DNA of 64,000 bases, from the NCBI GenBank assembly GCA_043823065.1, contig JBDRBB010000001.1:96001-160000 (forward strand). Direction: 5' to 3'. Under the pieces are notes generated by a model that had not been told where the DNA came from, ran no database searches, and saw only the letters and a program-made list of their open reading frames with translations. Positions 1 through 11,085 of this stretch are shown in pieces; positions within the stretch are counted from its first letter, which is position 1, and every line of letters begins with the position of its first letter. The translations under genes and the position numbers were made by a program. This stretch comes from Pseudomonadota bacterium. GTDB lineage: Bacteria > UBA10199 > 2-02-FULL-44-16 > DYJF01.

Positions 1-1734
1 AGTAGTATAAGGAGTATCGTCCAAATAAGTGATAGGTTCAATGCCATCTAAAGCATCTTCTGGCACAAATTCTTCAGAATATTCATTAGCCCCTCTAACC
101 AGAATTAAATCATTATATCGTGTGCCACGAATATCGCCTCTAAAACCCTGCATAAATATACCACTTTGCAAGCTGGAGCGGGTATCCACATCAGTGGTTG
201 GATCTGTGCTGCGGCAGACCATGTTGCCTTGAAAATTGTCATTATGAGCGAGTTCAAACCATTGGCCAGCAGCGCCATCTTCTGGTGAACCAAAATCAGT
301 TACCTGCCAGAATTTAGAAACATAGTCTGGATTTTCAAAAAAGCGGCGGTTATCTTCAGCTGCCATATATCTTGGATTGTTTCTGTATTCTTCTTGTTTA
401 TCTGCTGGAATGCCTAATGTGCCGTAAAAATCGTCTAAAATTTGTCTGGCATGAGAGGTAAACTGGCTGACATCCACTTCCATGGGATAGGTGGTTTGAT
501 CGCCGTTTAAGGAAAAACCAACTGAAGAAGCATAAACTCTATTCTCGCCAGAAGCTAGTTCTGCAGAAACACTGTTGGCTTCAGAAGTGTTGGCACCTTC
601 AATAGTGGCACTAAACAAAACATTATCATCTTTATCTAGGAATTCGATTTTATGGATTGCGCCGCCAATGCCGTCTAAAGAATCTATTGGGTCAGCATGA
701 GAGACAATGCGTACGCCAGCAATTCTGATCTGGCGATATTTACTCATATCATCAATTAGGCTGACATCTTGGCGAATGCCGTTTTCATCAATGGTCAAGA
801 GTTCATCTGCTTGATAATATCTTCTATCAAGAGTATCAGTTCTAATCTCAGCAGAAATGCTTTCTCCGTTTTTCACCCACCAATATTGGGGAACCATAAT
901 CTCAATATCAGTGCCAAATTTGCCGCTACCTTGACCTAGTTTGCTTAAATCCAAGCCAAAATGAACATCTGCTTCTAATTGAGGATAATCTTCTTCATTA
1001 AAAACAGTCTCATCAGCACCTAAAACTTTTAAAGTATCATTACGGGTAAAGATTGAATCACTTTCCAAATAAAATGGTGGTGGTACAACTTCACCAGTGG
1101 TTGGATTTAAAAATACTTTTTTGCCATCAGTAGTTTCGCTAATGCCTAAGCGGCGCGGATCACTTTCCAAACCAAGATAGCCATCGCCATTTAAGTCAGT
1201 TAGAGATTTTAATTCCATTTCGCCAATATATTCATTGTGAGCAGCCAAACGGTCGCATTCATTAATCTGCTGGGCAATAAATGGTAGACGATCATTTTGG
1301 ATTAAAGCAACTTTTTGTTGAAGTAGAGAAACCTGATCTGCGCCCAAAGCTCTGGAATCAATTAAGACTTGATAGTTGGCAAGCAGGGCTCTTAAATCAT
1401 TTTCTGAATTTTCATATAGTTTTCTTAGAATATGAATTCCATTTATGCCATTTTCCTTTTGAGCCAAGATATCAGTTACTGGAGGTGGAAAATTGGCTAA
1501 ACGTTCTAAAACAGCTTGCTCCTGTTCTGGAGTTGTACCGTTATAGTTGATGCCGTAACTTGCTAATGGGTCTGAATTTGCTGCATCAACTGGTAAAGAG
1601 GTTGATTCAGATTGTCCTAAAGAGTTTAACTCATCAAGACTCATGGGCTCAGTAGTGGTTTGAGCTTGAGGAGTATTTTCAATAAGATCAACTGTTTCAA
1701 CCTTAAAAGTTTTTGAAGTATTGTTAATTTGCAT
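1..1734 (-). CDS. Large acidic orphan protein, partial (>=578 aa, runs off the left edge; absent from the ORF track)
   Basis: Manual translation from ATG at 1734 (MQINNTSKTFKVETVDLIENTPQAQ...) showed no stop before base 1. Contains a DLNGDG Ca-binding-like motif and no obvious signal peptide. Preceded by a sigma54 promoter. Confidence 0.8.
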   Translation of the reverse strand, partial: MQINNTSKTFKVETVDLIENTPQAQTTTEPMSLDELNSLGQSESTSLPVDAANSDPLASYGINYNGTTPEQEQAVLERLANFPPPVTDILAQKENGINGIHILRKLYENSENDLRALLANYQVLIDSRALGADQVSLLQQKVALIQNDRLPFIAQQINECDRLAAHNEYIGEMELKSLTDLNGDGYLGLESDPRRLGISETTDGKKVFLNPTTGEVVPPPFYLESDSIFTRNDTLKVLGADETVFNEEDYPQLEADVHFGLDLSKLGQGSGKFGTDIEIMVPQYWWVKNGESISAEIRTDTLDRRYYQADELLTIDENGIRQDVSLIDDMSKYRQIRIAGVRIVSHADPIDSLDGIGGAIHKIEFLDKDDNVLFSATIEGANTSEANSVSAELASGENRVYASSVGFSLNGDQTTYPMEVDVSQFTSHARQILDDFYGTLGIPADKQEEYRNNPRYMAAEDNRRFFENPDYVSKFWQVTDFGSPEDGAAGQWFELAHNDNFQGNMVCRSTDPTTDVDTRSSLQSGIFMQGFRGDIRGTRYNDLILVRGANEYSEEFVPEDALDGIEPITYLDDTPYTT

Positions 1735-1774
1735 AGTTTATACCTTTGAACAATGAAATTTCGATAAGATATAA

Positions 1775-1790
1775 TGCAAGTTCTTTGCCA
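1775..1790 (-). promoter_or_regulatory. sigma54 (-24/-12) promoter
   Basis: Minus strand TGGCAA-AGAAC-TTGCA, correct spacing, ~40 nt upstream of ATG 1734. Confidence 0.75.
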
Positions 1791-1941
1791 AAAGGTCTTT
1801 TTGAGAACTAGTTTTAAGCTGATTATTTATTAATGATTTCAAGTAGTTGGGAGGTTGCTGAAAAATAAGTTTTTGAATAAAAATCCCAAGCTTTGATTTA
1901 TTGAGGGGATTGTTCCTGATCCGGGGTTAATTGTCCCCAGA

Positions 1942-2574
1942 TTAGATATCTTCAGTTTCAGCATCAACTAGTTCTCTGGCAATTTCTTCACGGTCTTGCT
2001 GTAACTCGTAATAATAATTAGCTAAAGTCAGTTCCCGGGAATTTTCTTCTAAGCGACTCTCTATAGCCCTAATTCGGTCCTGAGTAGCTCTGGCTTCATG
2101 AGCGTTTAATTCTTGTTGTAAGGCACTATAAGCATTTTGTAGCAGATTTTCTAAAGTCTCTTGAATTAATTCATATTTATTAACCGTGCTTTCCATGTTG
2201 TCTTGAATATGAGGAGATTGTTCAAATAAATCCTGGAGTTTGGGAACAGGGGGAAGGTCATAACTGGCCTGAGCATCTTGCTGACTAATGGTGCTAGCTG
2301 GCCCACTAAAACTAGCAAGTAGGGCATCTCTTGGACCCTTAAAAGAACTGGTCTGTTCCACGCCATTAATAGCATCCATCATTTCTCCAATTGGAGTAGA
2401 TTCTGAGGTCATGGCTTGCCATTCATTTTTTGTTGCTATGATAAAACCCGAGTTATTATAATCAGTTACACTGCTTGCTTTAACAGTGGAATTTTGCTCC
2501 GTCTGATTTATTTTTTGCTCCGTCTGACTTTGGGTGGCGGAGTTGGTCTTAATGTTTAGCTCTGTTCTGGACAT
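1942..2574 (-). CDS. Hypothetical protein, S/T/Q/N-rich N-terminus and coiled-coil C-terminus
   Basis: 210-aa ORF overlapping the upstream ORF stop; E/L/Q-rich helical C-half. Confidence 0.75.
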   Translation of the reverse strand: MSRTELNIKTNSATQSQTEQKINQTEQNSTVKASSVTDYNNSGFIIATKNEWQAMTSESTPIGEMMDAINGVEQTSSFKGPRDALLASFSGPASTISQQDAQASYDLPPVPKLQDLFEQSPHIQDNMESTVNKYELIQETLENLLQNAYSALQQELNAHEARATQDRIRAIESRLEENSRELTLANYYYELQQDREEIARELVDAETEDI

Positions 2575-2819
2575 AGTTCTAACTCATTTATGATAGCATC
2601 CAAATCTTGGATGGCTTGGTTTACGTCTTCCATAACTGTACCAAAATTATGATATCCACCTTGTTCCAAAAGGTTCATTAGTTGCCTTTTTTCCTCTAAA
2701 GAGGCCTTGAGCTGAATCAAGTCAATATCCTGTTTTTGTTCAGGTTTTTGAGCTTGTAGCTCAATTTGCTCTTGATTTTGCTCTATTTTATTAACTCGAT
2801 TTTCTTGAGAAATTTGCAT
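2556..2819 (-). CDS. Small coiled-coil hypothetical protein
   Basis: Start moved to MQISQEN (ATG 2819) behind a GAGGTG RBS; Q/E-rich helix. Confidence 0.7.
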   Translation of the reverse strand: MQISQENRVNKIEQNQEQIELQAQKPEQKQDIDLIQLKASLEEKRQLMNLLEQGGYHNFGTVMEDVNQAIQDLDAIINELELCPEQS

Positions 2820-2847
2820 AACAACACCTCGTTTCACTAAGAATATA

Positions 2848-2863
2848 TGCAATATTGTTGCCA
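2848..2863 (-). promoter_or_regulatory. sigma54 (-24/-12) promoter
   Basis: Minus strand TGGCAA-CAATA-TTGCA ~30 nt upstream of ATG 2819. Confidence 0.75.
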
Positions 2864-2993
2864 GAAAAACACGATAAGAGCGTTAGTCTGTAAAAACTTA
2901 GATAAAACGATGTATTATATAAATTATATAAAGTTTAACTTTATTATAACCGAAACTGTATCTTAACTAAATACTGAGGTCTATAAACCACAA

Positions 2994-3110
2994 CACTGAG
3001 CTGGAGACGTAGAGCGGCTTTTCGAGCGCACTGGCTTGCTACTAAATAACATAGATTCGTAATGTATGGAAGTAAGCGAGAAAAGTCGGTCGAGAGTCTT
3101 CAGCTTAGTG
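2994..3110. repeat. Palindromic dispersed element, copy 1 (103-bp core 3001-3103)
   Basis: Core nearly identical to the reverse complement of 14078-14180; self-complementary ends. Confidence 0.85.
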
Positions 3111-3117
3111 CTATGGC

Positions 3118-3498
3118 TTACTTTAGATATTTTCCCAAAATACGGGGCAGGTCTTCCATGGTCTCTCTGGTCTTAACCAGGTATTCGTTAATACCACTTT
3201 TTATAATTTTAGCAGCCAAAGCTTCATTGCCACTACCAGTAATCACAATTACTGGGATATGATCATATTTTTGCTTAATTTTTTTGATATTATTTACCAC
3301 AGATTGACCATTTAGGTCGCTGGTGGTCAAGATGATGTGATATTTGTTATTTTTTAAAAAATCATCAGCAGCATTAATATTATCTACAATGTGCACTATA
3401 ATGGGTGAAAAATGACGATCTAAGATATCGGTTAATAGCTCAGCATGGGCATGATTATCTTCTATAACCAGAACATAATATGTTTTTTTGGAACTCAT
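3118..3498 (-). CDS. Single-domain response regulator receiver, atypical (Thr at the phospho-acceptor position)
   Basis: LVIEDN, VIVITG and YLVK receiver motifs; beta3 reads YHIILTTSD instead of xDLILLD. Confidence 0.8.
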   Translation of the reverse strand: MSSKKTYYVLVIEDNHAHAELLTDILDRHFSPIIVHIVDNINAADDFLKNNKYHIILTTSDLNGQSVVNNIKKIKQKYDHIPVIVITGSGNEALAAKIIKSGINEYLVKTRETMEDLPRILGKYLK

Positions 3499-3510
3499 TA
3501 TAACTCCTTA

Positions 3511-5274
3511 TTACATATCTAAACTTCGGGAAGGAGAAGGGAGCAGATGCCCAATTTCTTTCATCAGAAAATTGCGAATTTCAGCCCCAGTTGACATTTT
3601 TAAGACTTTATTCAGAATTTTTTTAGCTTGTTCTCTGGTTATAGAGCGCATCATGCGTTTAACCTTTGGGATAGATATGGGATTCATGGATAATGATTCT
3701 AATTCCATACCAATCAAGAGTACAATAATTAGAGGATCTCCAGCCATTTCGCCACAAATGGAAACAGGTATTTTTGCCGCCTTTGCTGCTTCCACTGTTT
3801 GTTTGACCATATGCAAGACAGCAGGGTGAAGTGTATCATACATATCAGATACTAATTCATTACCTCGATCTACGGCCAAAGAGTATTGAGTCAGGTCATT
3901 AGTACCAATTGAAAAGAAATCAACTTCCTTAGCCATGAATTTAGCTAAAGTGGCAGCTGCTGGCACTTCAATCATAATGCCAATAGGCACATCATCTTTA
4001 AATTCAATTTTTTTCTGCGCCAGTTCTTTTTTAACAGATTCAATGATTTTTTTTGCCTTAAGAATTTCATCAATACTGGCAATCATTGGCAATAAAATGC
4101 GCAATGAACCATGTATGCTTGCTCGATATAAAGCGCGCAACTGTGTCTTAAAAAGAGGTATTTCTCGCAGACAAAGCCGAATAGCCCTTAGGCCCAAAGC
4201 AGGATTTATTTGATCTTCATAGTTTTGACCAACTGGCAATTTGTCTCCGCCTAAATCAATGGTGCGAATGGTCACAGTTTTCGGGTAAAGTTCTTTGAGA
4301 ATTCTAACATAGTTTTGATATTGTTCTTCTTCTGTTGGTTCATCATAGCGATTTAAGAAAAGGTATTCTGTGCGATACAAACCAATTCCTTCAGCTCCAT
4401 GCTGAACAATAGAAGGCAGCTCTTCCACAATTTCCATGTTAGCTTCCAGGCGCATATGAAAACCATCTTTAGTAACTGTGGGTAGATGAATATCTTGAAG
4501 TAATATCTTTTCCAAAGCAGCATATTTATTTTGAATAGCTTTGTATTGACCTAATTCTTTGCCTGAAGGGGAGGCAATAATTAGACCTTTAATGCCATCT
4601 AAAACTAGAATTTCATTTTCTTGGATTTGGTCAGTAATTTCCTTAATGCCAAAGATTGCCGGAATTTCCAGAGAGCGAGCAATAATAGCAGTATGGGAAG
4701 TTACACCCCCGGTTTCCATGACAAATCCTTTAACTCGGTCCCTGTGCAGAGTGGCTACTTCTGCAGGTGAAAGATCATAGCTAATAATAATTGTGTCTTC
4801 CAAAGGGATATCTTCAATAGTGATTTCTTCATGCCCCAAAAGATTGTTCATTACGCGTCGTCCGGCGTAATCAATATCCTGCTTGCGATCTTTAAAGTAA
4901 TCTTCATGAACATTGACAAATGATAAGCGCAAATCGCCTAGAGTTTTATCCAGGGCCCATTCAGCATTAATCTTAAGATTTTGGATATGCAAAACAGTGG
5001 CATTAACCAACATATCATCCTGGAGAAAAGCGCGTTGAGATTCCAAAATATCAATTTGATCATGGCCTTCATATCGGCAAAGCTTGGCTTGAATACGGGA
5101 GATTTGTTCCTTGGAAATAAAAACCGCTTTCTTAAAACGATTGATTTCTGGATCAACATCCTGATCGCGAATCCAGGTTTTAATAAAAATATTGCCGTGG
5201 TGACGCAGGTGCAAAGCTTTACCAATTGCTATACCAGGAGAGGTGGCGTGTGATTGAAAACGTCTTGTTTTCAT
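3511..5274 (-). CDS. ptsI: PTS Enzyme I (PEP-protein phosphotransferase)
   Basis: TSHTAIIAR phospho-His motif, GIGLYRTE, NPALGLRAIR, DFFSIGTNDLTQY; no N-terminal GAF domain. Confidence 0.97.
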   Translation of the reverse strand: MKTRRFQSHATSPGIAIGKALHLRHHGNIFIKTWIRDQDVDPEINRFKKAVFISKEQISRIQAKLCRYEGHDQIDILESQRAFLQDDMLVNATVLHIQNLKINAEWALDKTLGDLRLSFVNVHEDYFKDRKQDIDYAGRRVMNNLLGHEEITIEDIPLEDTIIISYDLSPAEVATLHRDRVKGFVMETGGVTSHTAIIARSLEIPAIFGIKEITDQIQENEILVLDGIKGLIIASPSGKELGQYKAIQNKYAALEKILLQDIHLPTVTKDGFHMRLEANMEIVEELPSIVQHGAEGIGLYRTEYLFLNRYDEPTEEEQYQNYVRILKELYPKTVTIRTIDLGGDKLPVGQNYEDQINPALGLRAIRLCLREIPLFKTQLRALYRASIHGSLRILLPMIASIDEILKAKKIIESVKKELAQKKIEFKDDVPIGIMIEVPAAATLAKFMAKEVDFFSIGTNDLTQYSLAVDRGNELVSDMYDTLHPAVLHMVKQTVEAAKAAKIPVSICGEMAGDPLIIVLLIGMELESLSMNPISIPKVKRMMRSITREQAKKILNKVLKMSTGAEIRNFLMKEIGHLLPSPSRSLDM

Positions 5275-5543
5275 TCTTCTCCAAATTTATTTTCAATTAA
5301 ATTGGCTAGGGCTTCTAAGGCTTCTTCAGCATCATCGCCAATGATTTCAATGTTAATTACCATACCTTTGGCAGCTGCCAACATCAGTACGCCCATAATA
5401 CTTTTGCCATTCACTTTTGTGGTGTCTTTAGAGACAATAATTTCAGCGCTAAAGCGGTTGGCAATCTTTACAAAAGAAGCTGCAGCTCTGGCATGCAGAC
5501 CCAATTGATTTTTTATGGTAAATTCACCTTTTGTTTTATTCAT
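5271..5543 (-). CDS. ptsH: Phosphocarrier protein HPr
   Basis: GLHARAA (His15) and KSIMG (Ser46); start moved to MNKT. Confidence 0.95.
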   Translation of the reverse strand: MNKTKGEFTIKNQLGLHARAAASFVKIANRFSAEIIVSKDTTKVNGKSIMGVLMLAAAKGMVINIEIIGDDAEEALEALANLIENKFGEE

Positions 5544-5949
5544 GACTAGTATGTCCATCTAAAATATGGCTGGCAATGACAATATTTTTTTGGCCATATT
5601 CTTGAATAAATTTAATGACATTATCTATGCTATGATCTTTGCTGTAACTAGCTAGCTTAATTAGCATGGGCAGATTAACTCCAGATACCACTTCCAATTT
5701 GGGTTGGGAAAGAAAAGATAAACACACATTGGAAGGTGTTCCACCAAACATATCAGTTAAGATCAAAACACCGTCATATCTATTAAATTCTTTTAGCACG
5801 CCTTCAATTTTTTCTCTGATAGAAGCAGGTGGTTCATTTTGCTGAACGCTAATCCCTTTAAAATTTACAGCTTCTGGAATAATATTTTGCGTGGCTTTTA
5901 CCATTTCTAGCCCAATATCTAAATGGGCAACAACTACCACACCGATCAT
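5536..5949 (-). CDS. PTS EIIA component, mannose family
   Basis: MIGVVVVAH, ILTDMFGGTPSN, GVNLPML. Confidence 0.93.
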   Translation of the reverse strand: MIGVVVVAHLDIGLEMVKATQNIIPEAVNFKGISVQQNEPPASIREKIEGVLKEFNRYDGVLILTDMFGGTPSNVCLSFLSQPKLEVVSGVNLPMLIKLASYSKDHSIDNVIKFIQEYGQKNIVIASHILDGHTSHE

Positions 5950-5960
5950 AGCTCACCTCG

Positions 5961-6929
5961 TTATTCTAGTAATCCTCGTAATTTATCCTTAACATCTCCT
6001 GCAGCTAATAATTCTTTATTGAGCTTTTCCTGAAATTCTCTAGCTGAATGATGTCCACCAAGTTTTAGCAAATAGTTTCTGGCGGCAACCTCAATAATGG
6101 CAGATAAGTTGCGGCCAGGTCGAACTGGAATCTGTACTAGAGGTAAATTAACATCAAGCATATTATATTGCTGATCATCAATGCCCAGACGATCATACTC
6201 AATTTTAGGATCCCACTCTGTTAATTCTATAACCATTTCAATCAACTTTTTATCCCGGACTGTGGAAATACCAAATAGGTCACGAATATTGATGATGCCC
6301 AGTCCCCGAATTTCCATGTGATATCTGATGATTTCCGAACCTGTGCCAAACAATGCAGAAGGAGGTTGCTTCTTGATGTTTACAATGTCGTCTGCGACCA
6401 GCCTGTGTCCACGCAAAATAAGATCTAGTGCACATTCGCTTTTGCCAATGCCGCTTTTGCCAATAATTAAAATGCCCACGCCAAAAACATCTAGTAAAAC
6501 GCCATGAATACAGGTAGAAGCAGAAAGGGCTTCTTCCAAGAATTTAGTTACGCGATTAACAAAAGTAGAAGTCAAGAGCTTAGTGCGAAAAATAGGCACG
6601 CGTTTTTTTTCGCACATGGCGATTAAATGTTTGGGAGCCTTAGCGTTGTTAGTAATTACAAAACAGGCAATATCAACTTCGCAAATTTTGCTGGTAATAT
6701 CTTTTAGCTTATCATCTGTTAGAGATCTTAAATAGCGAATTTCTGATTTGCCCAGAACTTCAATGCGAGCTGGGTGTAAATTAGAAACATCTCCGGTTAA
6801 AGCTAAGCCAGGTTTTTGAATGCGGGGAATAGAAATTTTTTTACCCAAACCCTTTTCCCCAGCCAAGATTTCCAGCTTCAGATTATGCTTGGTGTCTTTA
6901 AGTAGATTGATGACAGGAATAGAAAACAT
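5961..6929 (-). CDS. hprK: HPr(Ser) kinase/phosphatase
   Basis: HGVLLDVFGVG, GKSGIGKSE, LVADD, MEIRGLGII. Confidence 0.97.
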   Translation of the reverse strand: MFSIPVINLLKDTKHNLKLEILAGEKGLGKKISIPRIQKPGLALTGDVSNLHPARIEVLGKSEIRYLRSLTDDKLKDITSKICEVDIACFVITNNAKAPKHLIAMCEKKRVPIFRTKLLTSTFVNRVTKFLEEALSASTCIHGVLLDVFGVGILIIGKSGIGKSECALDLILRGHRLVADDIVNIKKQPPSALFGTGSEIIRYHMEIRGLGIINIRDLFGISTVRDKKLIEMVIELTEWDPKIEYDRLGIDDQQYNMLDVNLPLVQIPVRPGRNLSAIIEVAARNYLLKLGGHHSAREFQEKLNKELLAAGDVKDKLRGLLE

Positions 6930-7390
6930 TATTGGCTTTTGTCCTCCCTGATTATGGCTTCGTATATAGCTGAAGAGTTGGCTGCCTTCAAGAGTTGATT
7001 GCGAAAATCAGCTCGTTTCAATAAACGGGAGAGGCGGGCCAACACTTTTAAGTGGAGTGTGGTAGATCCTTCCGGAGCTAAAAGCACAAAAAATAAATGA
7101 CTTGGTTTGCCATCGTGCGCTTGAAAATCTATACCCTCAATTTTACGAGCAAAAGCGACAATTGTCCTATCTAATCCAGTAATTTTTGCATGTGGAATAG
7201 CAACTCCATCTTCAATCCCAGTAGAACCAAGCTCTTCTCTTTTAGTCAAGGCTCGAGCCACATTTTCTTTTGAGATCAGAGGCTGACTTTTAGAAATTTT
7301 TTCAGATAATTCGCTAATCAGATCTAATTTGTTATTTGCTTTTAAGTCAGACCAGACCAGGCCTGGTTGAATAAATTCCCCAAGAAACAT
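6929..7390 (-). CDS. ptsN: PTS EIIA(Ntr)-type protein
   Basis: REELGSTGIEDGVAIPHAK; located after rpoN-hpf. Confidence 0.92.
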   Translation of the reverse strand: MFLGEFIQPGLVWSDLKANNKLDLISELSEKISKSQPLISKENVARALTKREELGSTGIEDGVAIPHAKITGLDRTIVAFARKIEGIDFQAHDGKPSHLFFVLLAPEGSTTLHLKVLARLSRLLKRADFRNQLLKAANSSAIYEAIIREDKSQ

Positions 7391-7399
7391 AATTAGTTG

Positions 7400-7696
7400 T
7401 TATTCTCCCTTATGCCCTTTGATGCGATCTTTAGTTTTACGAAGTTGGTGTTCCATTTTGGAAACTGCATCATCCAGGGAAGTATACATATCACTACTTT
7501 CACCTTTGCTGAAATAGGAAACACCATTATGTTGAAAAGTTATTTCAACAGTATGATACACACCGTCAATTTTAAAAATAACATGCGGACTTACAGGTTT
7601 GTTTAAATACTTTTGCAGCTTAGCCAATTTGGTAGAAGTTCTACCTTTTAGGGCCTCTGTGCCTTCAGTATTTCTGAAGGTAAATGTTGCATCCAT
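7400..7696 (-). CDS. hpf: Ribosome hibernation promoting factor (short HPF/RaiA family)
   Basis: DMYTSLDDAVSKMEHQLRKTK; directly after rpoN. Confidence 0.88.
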   Translation of the reverse strand: MDATFTFRNTEGTEALKGRTSTKLAKLQKYLNKPVSPHVIFKIDGVYHTVEITFQHNGVSYFSKGESSDMYTSLDDAVSKMEHQLRKTKDRIKGHKGE

Positions 7697-7707
7697 AATT
7701 CCTCCAC

Positions 7708-9180
7708 TTATTTGTATCTTCGTCTGGAAGACGAGGGGATCTTAAGCACTTCTCTATACTTGGCAACAGTACGACGTGCAATATCAATATTATGCTGCTT
7801 TAAGTTTTCAGCTATAGCTTGATCGGAAAGCGGGCTTTTAGGATCTTCTCCAGCAATTAAGCGGTTTATTCTGGCCTTAACTGCCTCTGATGCTATGCCT
7901 CCACCTTCAAGTTGTTGCAAGCCTGTATTAAAAAAGAATTTTAGTTCAAAAATACCCCGGGGGGTATGCATATATTTATTAGTGGTTACACGGCTAACTG
8001 TTGATTCGTGCATGCCAATGTCTTCAGCCACATCTCTTAAAACTAAAGGCTTTAAGCTGGCTATGCCTTTATCAAAGAATTTCTTTTGATATTTTACAAT
8101 GCTTTTGGATACTCGATATAAGGTGCGTTGTCGTTGATGAATGCTTTTGATCAACCAGAGAGCAGAACGCAGGCGGTCTTGGACATAGCTCTTGGTTTGG
8201 GCATTAGCTTCAGAACCCTTCATTAATGTGCGGCGATAAAAGTTGCTGATGCGTAGCTTGGGCAAGCCATCTTCATTAAGAAAAATTTCATAATCATCAC
8301 CTTGTTTTTGAACATACACATCTGGAACAATATATTGAGGCGATTCTTGAAGATAGGGCCTACCAGGCTTGGGATCTAACCCAGAAATAATTTGTTCTAT
8401 GCTTTTTATTTCTTCTTCTGTTGTTTCCAGTTTTTTGGCAATTACATTATATTTATGATGCTCTAAATCATGAAGATGATCTTTAATAACGGAAATGAAA
8501 AGGGGCGAGTCTTTACCTAATTGTTTTGCTTGCAATAGTAAACATTCAACAAGATCTCTGGCAGCTACTCCTGGTGGATCAAAATCCTGAATTTTTTGCA
8601 AAACAGTTTTGACTTGTGTAATATCTGACTGTGTTTTTTTAGCAAGATCTTCTAATTCAACATGCAGGTAGCCATCATCATTTATGTTGCCAATTATTTC
8701 AGTACCGATATTTTTCTCAGCCTCAGGCATTAAACTTAAATGAAGTTGCCACATTAAATGGTCTTGCAGGGATTCACTCTGAGAGATGACGTTTTCAAAA
8801 GTTTGACCTTCCTCAACTGCTTCATATTCACCATCAAAATCCGGAGCATTATAGGTGCCAATGTAGTTTTCCCAATCAAAATTAGCAGGCTCCTTGAGTT
8901 CACCGTCTTTTTGCCCAATTTCATCACTAGTATGATCGTGGCCATGATCTTCTAATTTTGCTTCTTCGTGTTTTTCACCCTCAGCTTTTTTTTCCTCTTC
9001 CTTGGCCTGCTCTTCTCCTTCTTCGGCATTTTCCAGAACTGGATTTTCCAATAGTTCTGTTTGAACCAGGTTAGAGAGTTCAAGTCTTGATAATTGCAGT
9101 AATTTTATAGCTTGTTGCAATTGGGGGGTGATTACTAGGGATTGTTCTAAACGAGCTCTTTGTTTGATTTCTATAGCCAT
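7708..9180 (-). CDS. rpoN: RNA polymerase sigma-54 factor
   Basis: TPQLQQAIKLLQLS region I, HESTVSR, RpoN box ARRTVAKYR. Confidence 0.98.
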   Translation of the reverse strand: MAIEIKQRARLEQSLVITPQLQQAIKLLQLSRLELSNLVQTELLENPVLENAEEGEEQAKEEEKKAEGEKHEEAKLEDHGHDHTSDEIGQKDGELKEPANFDWENYIGTYNAPDFDGEYEAVEEGQTFENVISQSESLQDHLMWQLHLSLMPEAEKNIGTEIIGNINDDGYLHVELEDLAKKTQSDITQVKTVLQKIQDFDPPGVAARDLVECLLLQAKQLGKDSPLFISVIKDHLHDLEHHKYNVIAKKLETTEEEIKSIEQIISGLDPKPGRPYLQESPQYIVPDVYVQKQGDDYEIFLNEDGLPKLRISNFYRRTLMKGSEANAQTKSYVQDRLRSALWLIKSIHQRQRTLYRVSKSIVKYQKKFFDKGIASLKPLVLRDVAEDIGMHESTVSRVTTNKYMHTPRGIFELKFFFNTGLQQLEGGGIASEAVKARINRLIAGEDPKSPLSDQAIAENLKQHNIDIARRTVAKYREVLKIPSSSRRRYK

Positions 9181-9186
9181 AGGTTA

Positions 9187-9215
9187 ATATTAAGTCTAGG
9201 TTGTTTGAAAGTCAA
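9187..9215 (-). promoter_or_regulatory. sigma70 promoter of rpoN, predicted leaderless mRNA
   Basis: TTGACT-17-TAATAT-6-ATG, no Shine-Dalgarno. Confidence 0.55.
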
Positions 9216-9238
9216 TCTTGACACTAAATAGCGTGATT

Positions 9239-10987
<1,749 letters not shown>

Positions 10988-11006
10988 CTATGTCTAAAAA
11001 TCTTAC

Positions 11007-11045
11007 AAAAAAGCCCCACTTAATAGTGGGGCGTTGTTTTTTTTT
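11007..11045 (-). terminator. Intrinsic terminator after rpsI (possibly bidirectional)
   Basis: GCCCCACT-TAAT-AGTGGGGC hairpin flanked by an A-run and a T-run. Confidence 0.8.
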
Positions 11046-11074
11046 GTCATTGCCAGACTTGATCGGGCAATCCA
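11046..11074. repeat. Single REP-like palindrome GTCATTGCCAGACTTGATCGGGCAATCCA
   Basis: GTCAT head and ATTGCC/GGCAAT stem, same architecture as the GTCATTCCCGCG family. Confidence 0.5.
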
Positions 11075-11085
11075 AGGAGATAAAC

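Noticed and set aside
29..1550. Short ORFs 29-232, 105-293 and 1281-1550
   Set aside because: Antisense or alternate-frame shadows of the long minus-strand ORF 1-1734.
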